Shown here in pieces: positions 38,123 through 49,881 of a stretch of DNA of 64,000 bases; positions within the stretch are counted from its first letter, which is position 1; the number at the start of each line of letters is the position of its first letter. The notes under the pieces were generated by a model. That model was given only the letters and a program-made list of their open reading frames with translations. It had not been told where the DNA came from and made no database searches. A program made the position numbers and the translations under genes. This stretch comes from Octopus sinensis. Its lineage: Eukaryota. The stretch lies in the NCBI RefSeq assembly GCF_006345805.1, contig NC_043000.1, positions 23,932,001-23,996,000 on the forward strand, given 5' to 3'.

Positions 38123-38520
38123 GGAAACAAACTATGCTGGATCATGCCCAGCTGACAACAAGGTATGTGATAAGGAAGAAAGAAAAGTTGAGAGATATTA
38201 CAGGTTAGCTTGGGAAGTTAAGCAGTTGTGGTTGATGAAAAAGGTAGTGGTGGTACCAGTAATTGTCGGAGCCCAGGGAACAGTGAGCAAAAATCTCGAG
38301 AAGTATATGGAACAAATAGGGGCCACAATAAGGGTGGAGCACTTGCAGAAAACAGCACTGCTTGGAACCGCTTGAATACTCCGGAAGGTGCTCGAAAAAT
38401 AAGAGGTGTTACCATAGTGAACAGCTGACACTGTAGTACTAGCTGACTGCTAGTGAATAGCTGACACCATAATACATCTCCAGCGTTAGAAGCTGTGCAA
38501 AGGCAATAATAATAATAACA
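38121..38520 (+). mobile_element. R4/Dong-like LINE 3' fragment (restriction-like endonuclease C-terminus)
   Basis: Reads CPADNKVCDKEERKVERYYRLAWEVKQLWLMKKVVVVPVIVGAQGTVSKNLEKY...LQKTALLGTA*ILRKVL, then a 3' UTR and (AAT)n tail. Flanked by (AAT)n. Confidence 0.8.
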
Positions 38521-38550
38521 ATAACATTGAAAAATACTTTAGGAATGAAA

Positions 38551-39132
38551 TATAAAAAATATAATGAAATTATTGTATACAGTGTTCAGGTGCACCACAA
38601 CTTGTCAAAAGAGCGTATAAAGCATATACAGTAATTTACAAATGTCTGGAAGGTGAACATGTATGAGTCAGATACATGCTTGCATGTGTATAGAGGGGAG
38701 AAAATCAGGTGTAGTATTGGTAAATCTCAGGAAGTATGGAAGTTTTGAAGGATGCAGTGCTCCAACAATTAACAACTGATGCTGGCTGTTTGTTCCATGC
38801 TTCAGCAACTCTTAGCATGAAAAAATGTTTCCAAAAGTCATGGGAGCTGTGCTGTTTTCTGACTTTGTAAACATGTCCACGGGTGTTAGACAGGTGGAGT
38901 TTGAAAAGGTGCTCAGAGTTATTGTTAGTAAGATGGTTAATAATTTTATGGGTGTCTGCCAAGTCATCTGCCAGACGTCAGAGTTTCAATGTATCCATGC
39001 CCAGGGAAGTAAGGCGTTCAGAATATGGCAAATGCCTGATGGAGGGTATTCTCTTGGTTGCACGTCACTGAACAGTTTCCAGCCGATTAATATCCTCTGC
39101 AAGATAGGGGTTCCAGACTGGTGATGCAAATT
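38551..39132 (-). mobile_element. CR1-clade LINE 3' fragment (copy 1)
   Basis: C-terminal motif ...NTRGHVYKVRKQHSSHDFWKHFFMLRVAEAWNKQP... followed by the 3' UTR. Near-identical to 46461-46940. Confidence 0.85.
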
Positions 39133-39615
39133 CCAGGTTCGAAATTTCCCCAAGACACCTGAAGAAGGCTGGAGGGTATATCAGCCAAAACGTGTTAACA
39201 ACAAACAAGATGAGGACAAATATCCATCAAATGTAAATAATGTACATAATTTCTCATCTCTTAAATATAGAACTGTATTAAATATGTCAATGGTTAGCTT
39301 TTGTCATTTATACGCTTAGAATAAACAATTTATTTACCTTCCTTGATGACATATTACTTGTTTGCATTTGCATATTACATAGTAAAAGAGAAAAATATAG
39401 TTGAAGTAGTTGCTTTTAAGATTGCTAACCTATTCTTACAATTGTTTATTGCACTGTAAAATAGGAGAGGTACTTCTCATTTGAAATGCCAACCTTTTAA
39501 TCAATATACAACCCAGATCAACAACTTAGTTATAAATAAATAAAAGCCTTTTTACATACAACTTTATTGATGAAATCATTATTTCTACATAATCTAGATT
39601 TATCTTTTATTTTTT

Positions 39616-39879
39616 CATCACCTTACTGGCACCTGTGCCGGTGGCATTTGTAAAAGATTCGAGCGAGGTCATTGCTAGTACTGCTTGACTGGCCCCGTGC
39701 CAGTGGCACGTAAAAGCACCCACTACACTTTTGGAGTGGTTGGCATTAGGAAGGGCATCTAGCTGTAGAAACTCTGCCAGATCAAGATTGGAGCCTGGTG
39801 CAGCCATCTGGTTCGCCAGTCATTTGTCCAACCCATGCTAGCATGGAAAGCAGATGTTAAACGATGATGATGATGATGA
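39616..39879 (+). mobile_element. (GAT)n-tailed retroposon flanked by ~103-bp direct repeats
   Basis: Family core and (GAT)n tail; flanks 39513-39615 and 39882-39984 are near-identical. Confidence 0.85.
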
Positions 39880-40480
39880 ATCCAGATCAACAACTTAGTT
39901 ATAAATAAATAAAAGCCTTTTTAGATACAACTTTATTGATGACTCATTATTTCCACATAATCTAGATTTATCTTTTATTTTTTTTTTATTTGTTTCAGTC
40001 ATTAGACTGCAGCTATGCTGGGGCACCACCTTGATCAATTTTTTTAGTCAACTAAGAAGTTCATCGTATATGTGTGTGTGTGTGTGTTTGTGTGTCTGTG
40101 TTTGTCTGCCCAACATTGCTTGACAACTGATGCTGGTGTGTTTACGTCCCTGTAACTTAGCAATTCGGAAAAAAGAGACCAATAGAATAAGTACTAAGCT
40201 TACAAAGAATAAGTCCTGGGGTCGATTTGCTCGACTTAAAGGCGGTGCTCCAGTATGGCCACAGTCAAATGACTGAAACAAGTAAAAGAGTAACTAAATC
40301 AACCCCAGTACTTATTATTTTTTTTTAAAACTGAGGCTTATTCTATTAGTCTCTTTTGCCAAAACGCCACATTATAGGAATGTAAATACTCCAATACCAG
40401 CTGGGGGTGGGGGTGGATAAACATAAACACAATACCACACACATAGATATACATCCGAAATACAACAAGATATATATATC

Positions 40481-40674
40481 TCTTTTACTCGTTTCAGTCA
40501 TTTGACTGCGGCCATGCTGGAGCACTGCCTTTAGTTGAGCAAATCGATCCCAGGACTTATTCTTTGTAAGCCTTATACTTATTCTATCGGTCTCCTTTGC
40601 TGAACTGCTAAGTTACGGGGATGTAAACTCACCAGCATCGGTTGTCAAGCGATGTTGGGGGGACAAACACACAG

Positions 40675-40725
<51 letters not shown>

Positions 40726-40884
40726 TATGATGGGCTTCTTTCAGTTTCCATCTACCAAATCCACTCACAAGGCTTTGGTCGGCCTGAAGCTATAGTAAAA
40801 GACACTTGCCCAAGGTGCCATGCCGTGGGACTGAACCATGTGGTTCGTAAGCAAGCTCCTTACCACACAGCCACTCCTACGCCT
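40481..40884 (-). mobile_element. tRNA-derived CORE-like SINE (full length)
   Basis: Reverse complement of the family, from the head at 40884 to the tail at 40481. Confidence 0.85.
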
Positions 40885-41419
40885 ACATAAATATTTATTT
40901 CATATATTTTGCAATACACAATACATCTAATACTATTAGTTCTGTTTAACCAATAAATTAGATACATTTTTTTCTGTTTTTTTTTGTTAAATATTCATGA
41001 ACATTCGTTAAGAATACAACACACCAGGAACTGGATTTTAAAACTGTAGTGAATGACATTTGCAAATTAGTTTCCATAGTATTTTGTCTTGTATTTCCCT
41101 AAATTTATTCAGGGTTTAAAACAAAAAAAAAAAGAGAAAATCTGTATGATAAAGACTAAATCATTTTACTGTTATCACCATCATTTCACATCCATGTTCC
41201 ATGCAGGCATGGGTCAGATAGTTTGACAGGAACTGATGTGTTCAAGGACAGGCATTTACATAGAATAGGGAGTGAATTGGTAGAAGCAGGCAGTAAGGAT
41301 GTTTGGGTGAGGGTATTTGCTCCATTAAATCTGGGTCCTGAGTTCAAATCCTGCAAAGGTCAACTTCGCCTTTCATCCTTCCTTGGTAGAGAAATAAAAC
41401 AGTCCAGTACTGCAGTTGA

Positions 41420-41570
41420 TTCTCCTCCTCCTCCTTCTTCTTTTTCTTCCTCTTCTTCTTCTCCTCCACCTCCTTCTTTTTCTTCTCCTCCTCCTTCTTT
41501 TTCTTCTTCTTCTCTTTCTTTTTCTTCTTCTTCTTCTCCTTTTTCTTCTTCTTCCTCTCCTCCTCCTCTC
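41420..41570. repeat. Polypyrimidine (TCC/TTC)n low-complexity tract
   Basis: ~150 nt almost entirely C/T on the plus strand. Confidence 0.95.
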
Positions 41571-42199
41571 TTGCCCAAGTCCTACTGCATGCAACTTAAG
41601 CAAGTGTTATATTCTACAGTGTGAGGGCATGTGGTAAGGACCTTCGGCTCATAACCATAAGGTTGTGAGTTCAACACCTGGAGGCATGCTGTGTCTTTGA
41701 GCAAGACATTTTATTCCACATTACTGCAGTCCATCCAGCTGACAAAAACGAGCTGTACTTGTAATTCAAAGAACCTGCCTTGTCACATTCTATGTCATGC
41801 TGAATCTCCCTAACAACTACATTAAGGGTACACGTGTCTGTGGAATACTCAGCCACTTGCATGTTAATTTCACGAGGAGGCTGTTCCATTGATTGGATCA
41901 ACTGGAATACTCATCACCATAACCAAGCCCTAGATCAACCAATGCCTTGTGAATGAACCTGGCCAATTTCAGAAACATAATTTTATTCTGGAAAAATTAA
42001 CAATAGAAATGTTTAGATTAGTCAAAGTATGAGCTGTGAACATCTATGCATTACAGCCATCGATCAATGAGATTATTTATGCCTCATTGATAAAAGCTTA
42101 ATGGATTTGAAACTAAGAAATCTTTGAAAGCTGATTCCACTTCTGGTTTGGACCTGAAAGTTTTATCACTTAAAAACGTGTTTAAATGCTTAAAAATGG

Positions 42200-42600
42200 T
42201 AGCCAGTGAGTGAAAGATCAAGCATATTCCAAGTCTATGAGTTTCTGCAGCGTCATTCTTGCAACATGTGACTTTGTATTATTGTGGATTGAGCCATGCC
42301 AATTCACCAATGCAGGTCTCATTTTTTGCAAGTGAGCATGCATTTTAGTGAGTTGATTGCAGTAAACCTCTGCTGTAATGCTCTGATTGGCTTCCGGAAA
42401 GCTGTAATGGGCAACACCAATTGCAGACCACCAGACAGTCACCACAATCTTTTACTGATGCAACTTTGGCTTTGGGAAAGGTTTGGGAGACTCATCACGG
42501 TCAAGCCTTTGACCTGGTCGTTTACGGTTATCACAAAGGATCCACTTTTCATCACATGTGACTATTCAGTCAAGAAAAGGATCATTGGTGTTTCGCAAAA
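42200..42600 (-). pseudogene. Degenerate mariner DD34D transposase fragment
   Basis: Reads DPFLD*IVTCDEKWI...PKPKLHQ*KIVVTVWWSAIGVAHYSF...ITAEVYCNQL, with stops. Confidence 0.85.
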
Positions 42601-44485
42601 AGAGCAAGTGTGTGTCTGTGCATCTTTGTGTTTCTATTTACATCCCTGTAACCTAGTAGTTCAGTGAAAAGTGACTGATAAAGTCAACTCAGAATGTAAA
42701 GATGGGCGAAATGCTGACTTTGCCTTTCATCCTTTTGGGATCAATGAAATAAGTACCAGTTGAATTCTGGGGTTAATGTTATCAACTGGTCCCTTCCCCC
42801 AAAATTTCTGGCCTTGTGCCTGTAGCAGAAAGGATTATTATTCTAGTGTTTGGAACATAAATTAATGTGAAATCTTAATAGAAGGATTAAATTTAGATCA
42901 CTTTGAAACAAGAATGAGTATCACAGAAACAAGGGTGATCCCCCCCAGATGGGTTGCTATTAAAAAGAGTTAAATTACTGTTTCATGTGAATTGATGTCA
43001 ACAGGGCTAAACTGGATCCTATAATTCACATAAACACAGAACAAAATAATTTGTGTTTATGGTTGATGGTTAAAGAATATAAAAGCAGAAAAGTGTAAGC
43101 TGATATCATACACACAAATGCATGTATGTACACAGGCACACACACACACACATAACCATATACATGGTTTTATATACTCCTCATGAAATAATTTCATCAA
43201 ATTGATTTTATGGATTTTCTGCATTTTTAGTTAAATAGACACTCTGCATTACTTTTTTTTATAATTGATTACTATGTAGACCGATAGTCGAGTCCATAAG
43301 AGGAGCTCTCTGTAATAGTTGCAATTCTTTGAATCCACATCTTATACTACTAATTTATATGTGTGTGTATGTCTGTGTGAAGGCTTGTGGCCTAGTGGGT
43401 TATGGTGTTGCACTCAGGATCACAAGATAGTGGGTTTAATTCTCAGACCAAGCAGTGTGTTGTGTTCTTGAGCAAAACACTTCATTTCACATTGCTCCAG
43501 TCCACTGAGCTGGAAATAAGTAACCTTCTGATGGACAAATAGTACAACGAAGTAACTTAATTTGCATTAATTAGTTTGAATTCAGTTGCCATGGCAGCTT
43601 GCAATTCAGCTAGAGTGATGATTTTAACTCAGAGCATTAAAAAAAACAAAAACAAAAAAAATACCCCCCCCCCCCCCAAAAAAAAACGGTGACTTTAACT
43701 CACAGCATTCAATTATTAAACATTCATAATTGGAATAAATAAATAAAACTGATTAAGTATTTATGGAATTTTGATTTAGTGTTGGGTGACTTTTGGCCAA
43801 CCCTGTATATATCTGATCATTTATAGAGATGAGTATCTCGTTATTAACATTGGAGCCACATTCAGAAACAACACTAATAGTGTAATTTAAATGTTTTCTC
43901 TTCATCCATCATCATTACTATTAAAAAGATGATAATAAAAATGTAGTTCCTCTGCTCTTTCAAACATGTAATTTTGAAGAGAATTCTTTGATGAAGTGTA
44001 GCTCCATTGCTTTTTGGAATTTTGGGTCATCTCTTGAACATTTGTAAAAGGGAAAGATATCCACCTCCACCACTTTGCTTGACAACCGATGCTGGTGTGT
44101 TTACATCCCCGTAACTTAGTGGTTGGGCAAATAAGACTGATAGAAAAAGTACTAGGCTTACAAACAATAAGTCCTGTGTTCAATTTGCTCGACTAAAGGC
44201 AGTGCTCCAGCCTGGCCACAGTCAAATGACTGAAACAAGTAAAAGAGTAATACTATAATAATATTATAAATTCGTAGCGTCCCCCAATTCACTGCCTTCT
44301 TACCAACGCCTTCTTTTTCTCTAGCCCCCCCCCCCACACACACTACACTTTGAGAACTTATGATATAAACGAACAATAAAACGTTCTGTTTTTACTGCTT
44401 TCATTCTGATTTTGTCTTGAGTTCGTAAACGAATGAAAGCACTAATAAAGGATTATCCAAAATTATGATTGCCTCTTTTTACTCA

Positions 44486-44524
<39 letters not shown>

Positions 44525-44590
44525 TAAATTCAACTGATGATGAAAGTAAACAAAGTTTGCTTTAGAAGCATTGAGATGTATTGAATGATA

Positions 44591-44814
44591 CAGAAATAAT
44601 TTATTCTCAAATGCATGATAATGCGAATACAATAGCATGAACAGGATAAAACTACCCATATATTGCTGGAAAAATCATTACTCGCCGGCCATGAGACTTG
44701 AACTCACATCCTCATAGCTGGCTGGTAATGATTTTTTCTGCAATACATGGATAGTTTATCCTGTTCATGTTACTGTATTAGCATTATCATGTATTTGAGA
44801 ATAAGTCATTTCTG
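44591..44814. mobile_element. Foldback MITE (near-perfect 224-bp palindrome, TA TSD)
   Basis: Arms of ~105 bp are near reverse complements around a 15-nt loop; TA|CAG...CTG|TA ends as in Tc1/mariner derivatives. Confidence 0.8.
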
Positions 44815-44830
44815 TATGTATATATATACA

Positions 44831-45480
44831 TATATATATATCACTGTGATCACCGTGACTAACCAGGCTATCAGATGTTGCAACACATCGCTGGTCACAA
44901 TGCGCTTCATATTGTTTTAGCCTGCTAAGCAAGCAGGCCAACAGAAACAGGAAGAAAGAGAGGAAGTTGTGGCAAAAGAGTACACCAGGAATCGCCACCA
45001 CCCCCTGCCAGAGCCTTGTGGAGCTTTAGGTGTTTTTACTCAATAAACACAACGCCCGGTCTGGGAATTGAAACCACGTTCCTACAACCGTGAGTCTGCT
45101 GCCCTAACCACTGGGCTATTGTGCCTCCAACTTCACATTTTCTAATATATATATATATATATAATATATATATATATCACCGTGACCGACCAGGCTATCA
45201 AATGTTGTTATACATCACTGGTCACAATGCGCTTTGCATTGTTTTAGCCTTCAAATGACGCCACCCCGCTGGCTAAGCGAGCAAGCCAACAGTAGAAAGA
45301 GTGAGAGAAAGTTGTGGCGAAAGAGTACAGCAGGGATCGCCACCACCACCCTGCCGGAGCCTTGTGGAGCTTTAGGTGTTTTCGCTCAATAAACACTCAC
45401 AACGCCTGGTCTGGGAATCAAAACCGCAATCCTACGACCGCGAGTCCGCTGCTCTAACCACTGGGCCATTGCGCCTCCAC
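44831..45480 (-). mobile_element. Two tandem tRNA-derived SINEs (tRNA-Arg-like head) separated by (TA)n
   Basis: Head GGAGGCGCAATGGCCCAGTGGTTAGAGCAGCGGACTCGCGG...TTTTGATTCCC. Copies at ~44831-45130 and ~45175-45480. Confidence 0.8.
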
Positions 45481-45584
45481 CAAAAGTTTATTGTTACACT
45501 TGCCCAAGGTGCCACGCAGTGGAACTGAACCCGGAACAATGTGGTTGGTAAGCAAGCTACTTACCACACAGCCTCTCCTGCGCC

Positions 45585-45617
<33 letters not shown>

Positions 45618-46162
45618 CACACACACTCACATATGCAGCAGGCATCTTTCAATTTCTGTCTACCAAATCCATTCACAAGGCTGCTACAGTAGAAAATTCT
45701 TGTCCAAGAAGCTGTGCAGTGGGACTGAACCTAAAACCATGTGGGTGAGAAGCAAATTTCTCAACCACACAACTATGCATGTATGTATTTGCTTCTCTTT
45801 AAATAATCATTCAATTTGGGCAAAATCATCAAACCCACCAACACCACCACCACCACTACCGTCATCATTGTCATCATCATATATTATCACTTTCCCATAT
45901 GTGCTGGACCATCATTAAAAGAAAAAAAAAACATTGCTTTTTTTCGTTCTCAAATTATGTTTTTGCTTCTACAAGCAAAACTTCTTTCCACACCGCATTA
46001 CAGTACATACTAAAACTGAGAATCATGGGAAAGACAAACATATTTATTTACAACAAATAAATGAAAAATATTAAGTTGTATTTTATTTTAGATAATATAG
46101 AGAAATTTATTTATTTAGGAAAAATAATTAAAAAATAAGTAAAATAATAAAAGGAAATAATT

Positions 46163-46276
46163 TTATCCTGGCGTCGCAAGGGGTTTAGATGTGGCACAGC
46201 GGAAACCCAAATTGGAGGCAGATGAATCAGGAGTGTTCTCACTTCGAGCTGCACAACGGTATCTATAGCAATAATC
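46163..46276 (-). CDS. SUMF1: SUMF1 terminal exon
   Basis: Acceptor ttcaattttcag|G. Encodes [37 protein letters not shown], with the second active-site Cys and GFRC motif. Sense-strand AATAAA hexamers at ~46045-46115. Confidence 0.97.
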   Translation of the reverse strand, partial: DYCYRYRCAARSENTPDSSASNLGFRCATSKPLATPG

Positions 46277-46460
46277 CTGAAAATTGAATAAAAAATAGTT
46301 CTTAAATAAATAATATTATTTTCAATTAAATAATAATTTATAAACTCTTTGTATCCATGCTTAGTTAGTCCTAAGTAATATAAAACTTTCCTGTCATAAG
46401 TCCCAAGTGGTTTATAAAATATTGGAAATGTGCATCATATATGATGCAAAGATGCCAGGG

Positions 46461-46940
46461 AAATATAATAATGAAATTATTGTATACAGTGCTCAGGGTG
46501 CACCACAACTTGTCAAAAGTGCGTATAAAGCATATGCATTAATGTACAAATGCCTGGGAAGTGAACAGGGTATAAGTCAGATACATGCTTGCGTGTGTAT
46601 GGAGGGGAGAAAATCAGGTGTAGTGTTGGCGAATATCAGGAAGCATGGAAGTTTTGAAGGATGCAGTGCTCCAACAACTAATAACTGATGCTAGCAGTTT
46701 GTTCCATACTTCAGCAACTCTTAGCATGAAAAAATGTTTCCAAAAGTCATGGGAGCTGTGCTGTTTCCTGACTTTGTAAACATGTCCACGGGTGTTAGAC
46801 AGGTGGAGTTTGAAAAGGTGTTCAGAGTTTTTGTTTGTAAGATGGTTAATAATTTTTTGGGTGTCTGCCAAGTCATCTGCCAGACGTCAAAGTTTCAATG
46901 TGTCCATGACCAGGGAAGTAAGGCGTTCAGAATATGTCCT
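46461..46940 (-). mobile_element. CR1-clade LINE 3' fragment (copy 2, in the last SUMF1 intron)
   Basis: Same TRGH...FF.LRV..WN.LP motif and the same 3' end as copy 1. Confidence 0.85.
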
Positions 46941-47234
46941 GTGTATTATGGGTGATACACAGCACAAGTAAAAGGTTCAGGGAACATTTAATATTTATTA
47001 AAAGACATTCTTTTACTTGGTTCAGTCATTGGACTGCAGCCATGCTGGGGCACCAACTGAAGCACTTTAGTTGAACAAATCAACCCTGATATATTTCTAA
47101 AGCTTGATGCTTGTTCTATTGATCTTTCATGCTGAACTGCTAGGTCATGGAGATGTAAACAAACCAACACCAGCTGCCAAGTAGTGGTGGGCGACAAAGA
47201 CATACACACATATATGTGTATGTATGTATATATG

Positions 47235-47266
<32 letters not shown>

Positions 47267-47269
47267 TAC

Positions 47270-47595
47270 ATATATTCTATTTGTTTCAGTCATTTGACTG
47301 TGACCATGCTGGAGCACCGCGTTTAGTCAAATAAATCAACCCCAGGACTTATTCTTTGTAAGCCTAGTACTTATCCTATCAGTCTGTTTTGCTGAACTGC
47401 TAAGTTACGGGAATGTAAATACACCAACACCGGTTGTCAAGCGATGTGGGGGGGACAAACACAGACACACAAACATACATATACGACAGGCTTCTTTCAG
47501 TTTCCATGTATCAAATTCACTCACAATGTTTTGGTGCCATGCAGTGGAACTGAACCCGGAACCATGTGGTTGGTAAGCACAGCCATGCCTGTGCC
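47270..47595 (-). mobile_element. tRNA-derived CORE-like SINE (internally deleted)
   Basis: Reverse complement of the family tail and head. Confidence 0.75.
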
Positions 47596-48169
47596 TATAT
47601 ATATATATATATATATATATATTGGTAAATTGGCCTGATTGCCTAACTAGAGGGGTGGCATTATTCAAAAGCTAAAACAATGCAAAGTGCATTGTGACCA
47701 GTGATGTATAATAACATCTGATAGTCTGGTCAATTCTGTGATCATGATACACACCACACGGGCTTCCACACAGTTTCAATCTACCAAATTCATTCATAAG
47801 GAATTGGTTAGCCCAGGGCTATAGTAGATGATGCTTGTCCGAGGTGGCACACAGTGAGACTAAACCTGAAACTATCTGGTTGCATATCAAACTTCTTAAC
47901 CACAAAGCCGTCTTTATAAATCACAATCTAAAATTCCGTTGCCGTAGAAACTGGGTAAATGCATCTAAGAACAAGTTGGGTCTGTTATGCCAAGCATCCA
48001 TTTAAACAAAGGAGCAACAGAACTACTTGACTTCATGCTAGTGTGTCTCTGGTTTGGTCTGGTAATGTTTGTCAAAAGACATCAGAATTAGAAAAAGTGC
48101 TCTAAGAGCAAAAGCCAGAGGAAAATAACTGCCAAAGGAACTGACACTGGTGTGTGTGTGTAAAAAGTG

Positions 48170-48590
48170 CAAACACATATATATATATACACATACACAC
48201 ATGTATATATACACTCACAGATACATATATATAGATACATACACATATATACACACATAGATACATACATATGTACACATATATACACATTCATATATGT
48301 ACACATATACAGATACATACACATATATACACACATAGATACATATATATATATACACACATACATACATAGATACACACATATACAGATATATACACAT
48401 AAATACATACATATATACACATATATACAGATATATACACATATATACACATACATACACATATATACACACAGATACATACATATATACACATATATAC
48501 ACACATATACAGATACATAGACACATATATTCAAACATATATACAGATACTCACACATATACTCACGAACATAAATACATATGAACACAA
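48170..48590. repeat. Degenerate (AC/AT)n compound microsatellite, ~420 bp
   Basis: Continuous acacatatatac-type repeats; source of the spurious MCVYI/HIY ORFs. Confidence 0.95.
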
Positions 48591-48806
48591 GTACATCACT
48601 GTTTACATAATTTACGATCAAGCTGTCTCACCCCCCCCCCCCAAACAAAAGGACACTGTGACAAACCAAGAACACTTTGAAATTGAAAAATCTTTTTTTT
48701 TTTATTGTGATTTTGTACATTTCTGCAATAAATTTCCCTTAAAATATTACAGTAATACAATTGCTAACGACTTCTGAACCCAAGCTTAATTGTTTTTTAT
48801 TTTTAA

Positions 48807-49197
48807 TCTCTCTCTATATAAAGCTGAAGTTGTCTGTGTATAGCAGGTTTGGTAGCCTTCAACTAACACTACCTCCTCCGAGACCTTGTGGCACAAGTTG
48901 ACCAAAATTGAGAGTATGATAGAAGAAGGTTTGCTCTTCCTTCCGTAGAAGAAAAAATTCAAATCAGACCATGTTAACACAAAAAATTATTTACATCAAA
49001 AAGGTGCTTTTTTTCTATGAAAATCTATATTTTTTACGATTTTCTACTGCTGTGTCGCCATTTTTCGGTGTATTTCAACCAGAAAAATGTTCTCTTAAAG
49101 AGAATAACAAGTTACATAATGCAAAATTTTTACTTTTCAAAAATTCCAATTCTAAAGGGTCGAAACAAACCCAAGCAATGCCGGGCGATACTGCTAG
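48807..49197 (+). mobile_element. Non-autonomous Helitron
   Basis: 5' A|TCTCTCTCTATATAAAG, 3' CTAG|T with a subterminal CCC...CGGG stem; inserted between A and T with no TSD. Confidence 0.75.
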
Positions 49198-49881
49198 TTT
49201 ACATAAAGATTGACTTACAATTACAAGGAAACAAAGAAAAAAAAAGATTAAGCTTAACTCCTCCCCTTTCTTTGTTTTCTTGTAATATGTATGTTTAAAA
49301 AATCGTTCAGCCAGTTTGCTTTGAGAGTGGCAGTCAAATTTGGATTCAGTCTTTTATGTAAATAAAACACTCCATTTATTGGATAAAAAAAAAGAAAAAA
49401 AACTTTGAGGGTGAGAAGGAAAGGAAGGGGTGTAAGAAACTGATATGCAGTGGTAAGGGGTTGGTAAGTTTTACTACAAAAGCACAGTCATTCAGATCTT
49501 CCGGTTCACGCACACACACACTCAACACAGCACCACTCTCTCAGTTCTCCTCCCCCCTCTCTCTCTCTCTTTATTTAATAGTCATGAAAATTGAGTTTAG
49601 CAATAGTAACTGAAGAATTATTGTTTTCAGTGTTTATCTTAGAGCACCATTATTGCCCTCATCATCATTTTAACGTCCACTTTCCCATGCTTGTATGGGT
49701 TGGATAGAGTTATTTGATGCAGATTTTCCAATGGTTGGATGCCCTTGCTGTCACCAACCCTTATCTGTTTCTGAACAAGGGAACGTTTCATTATGGCCAG
49801 ACATATTTTTACAGAATATTGCAAAATCAATGATATACATTTACAACATTCATACGATGTCAGGACAAGGACACACACACA

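Larger units (their letters stand above)
37790..39280. mobile_element. Head-to-head dimer of a tRNA-like/(AAT)n/Penelope-like composite retroposon; right arm split by R4/Dong and CR1 insertions
   Basis: Left copy (-) spans ~38040 to 37790. Right copy (+) comprises ~38036-38120, 38505-38550 and 39133-39280. Both tails share ...aggaatga..ccaggtt(t/c)gaaatttccccaagacacctga..aggctggagggtatatcagcc.... Confidence 0.65.

Noticed and set aside
41223-41637. Ser/Pro-, Glu/Gly- and Arg-rich ORFs
   Set aside because: These are translations of the (TCC/TTC)n tract in several frames.
43902-44183. 93-aa ORF and an apparently open frame at ~43950-44050
   Set aside because: It begins in a SINE tail, lacks a proper acceptor AG and resembles no protein I recognise.
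48088-48621. Up to 177-aa Cys/Tyr/Ile or His-rich ORFs
   Set aside because: These are translations of an (AC/AT)n microsatellite.
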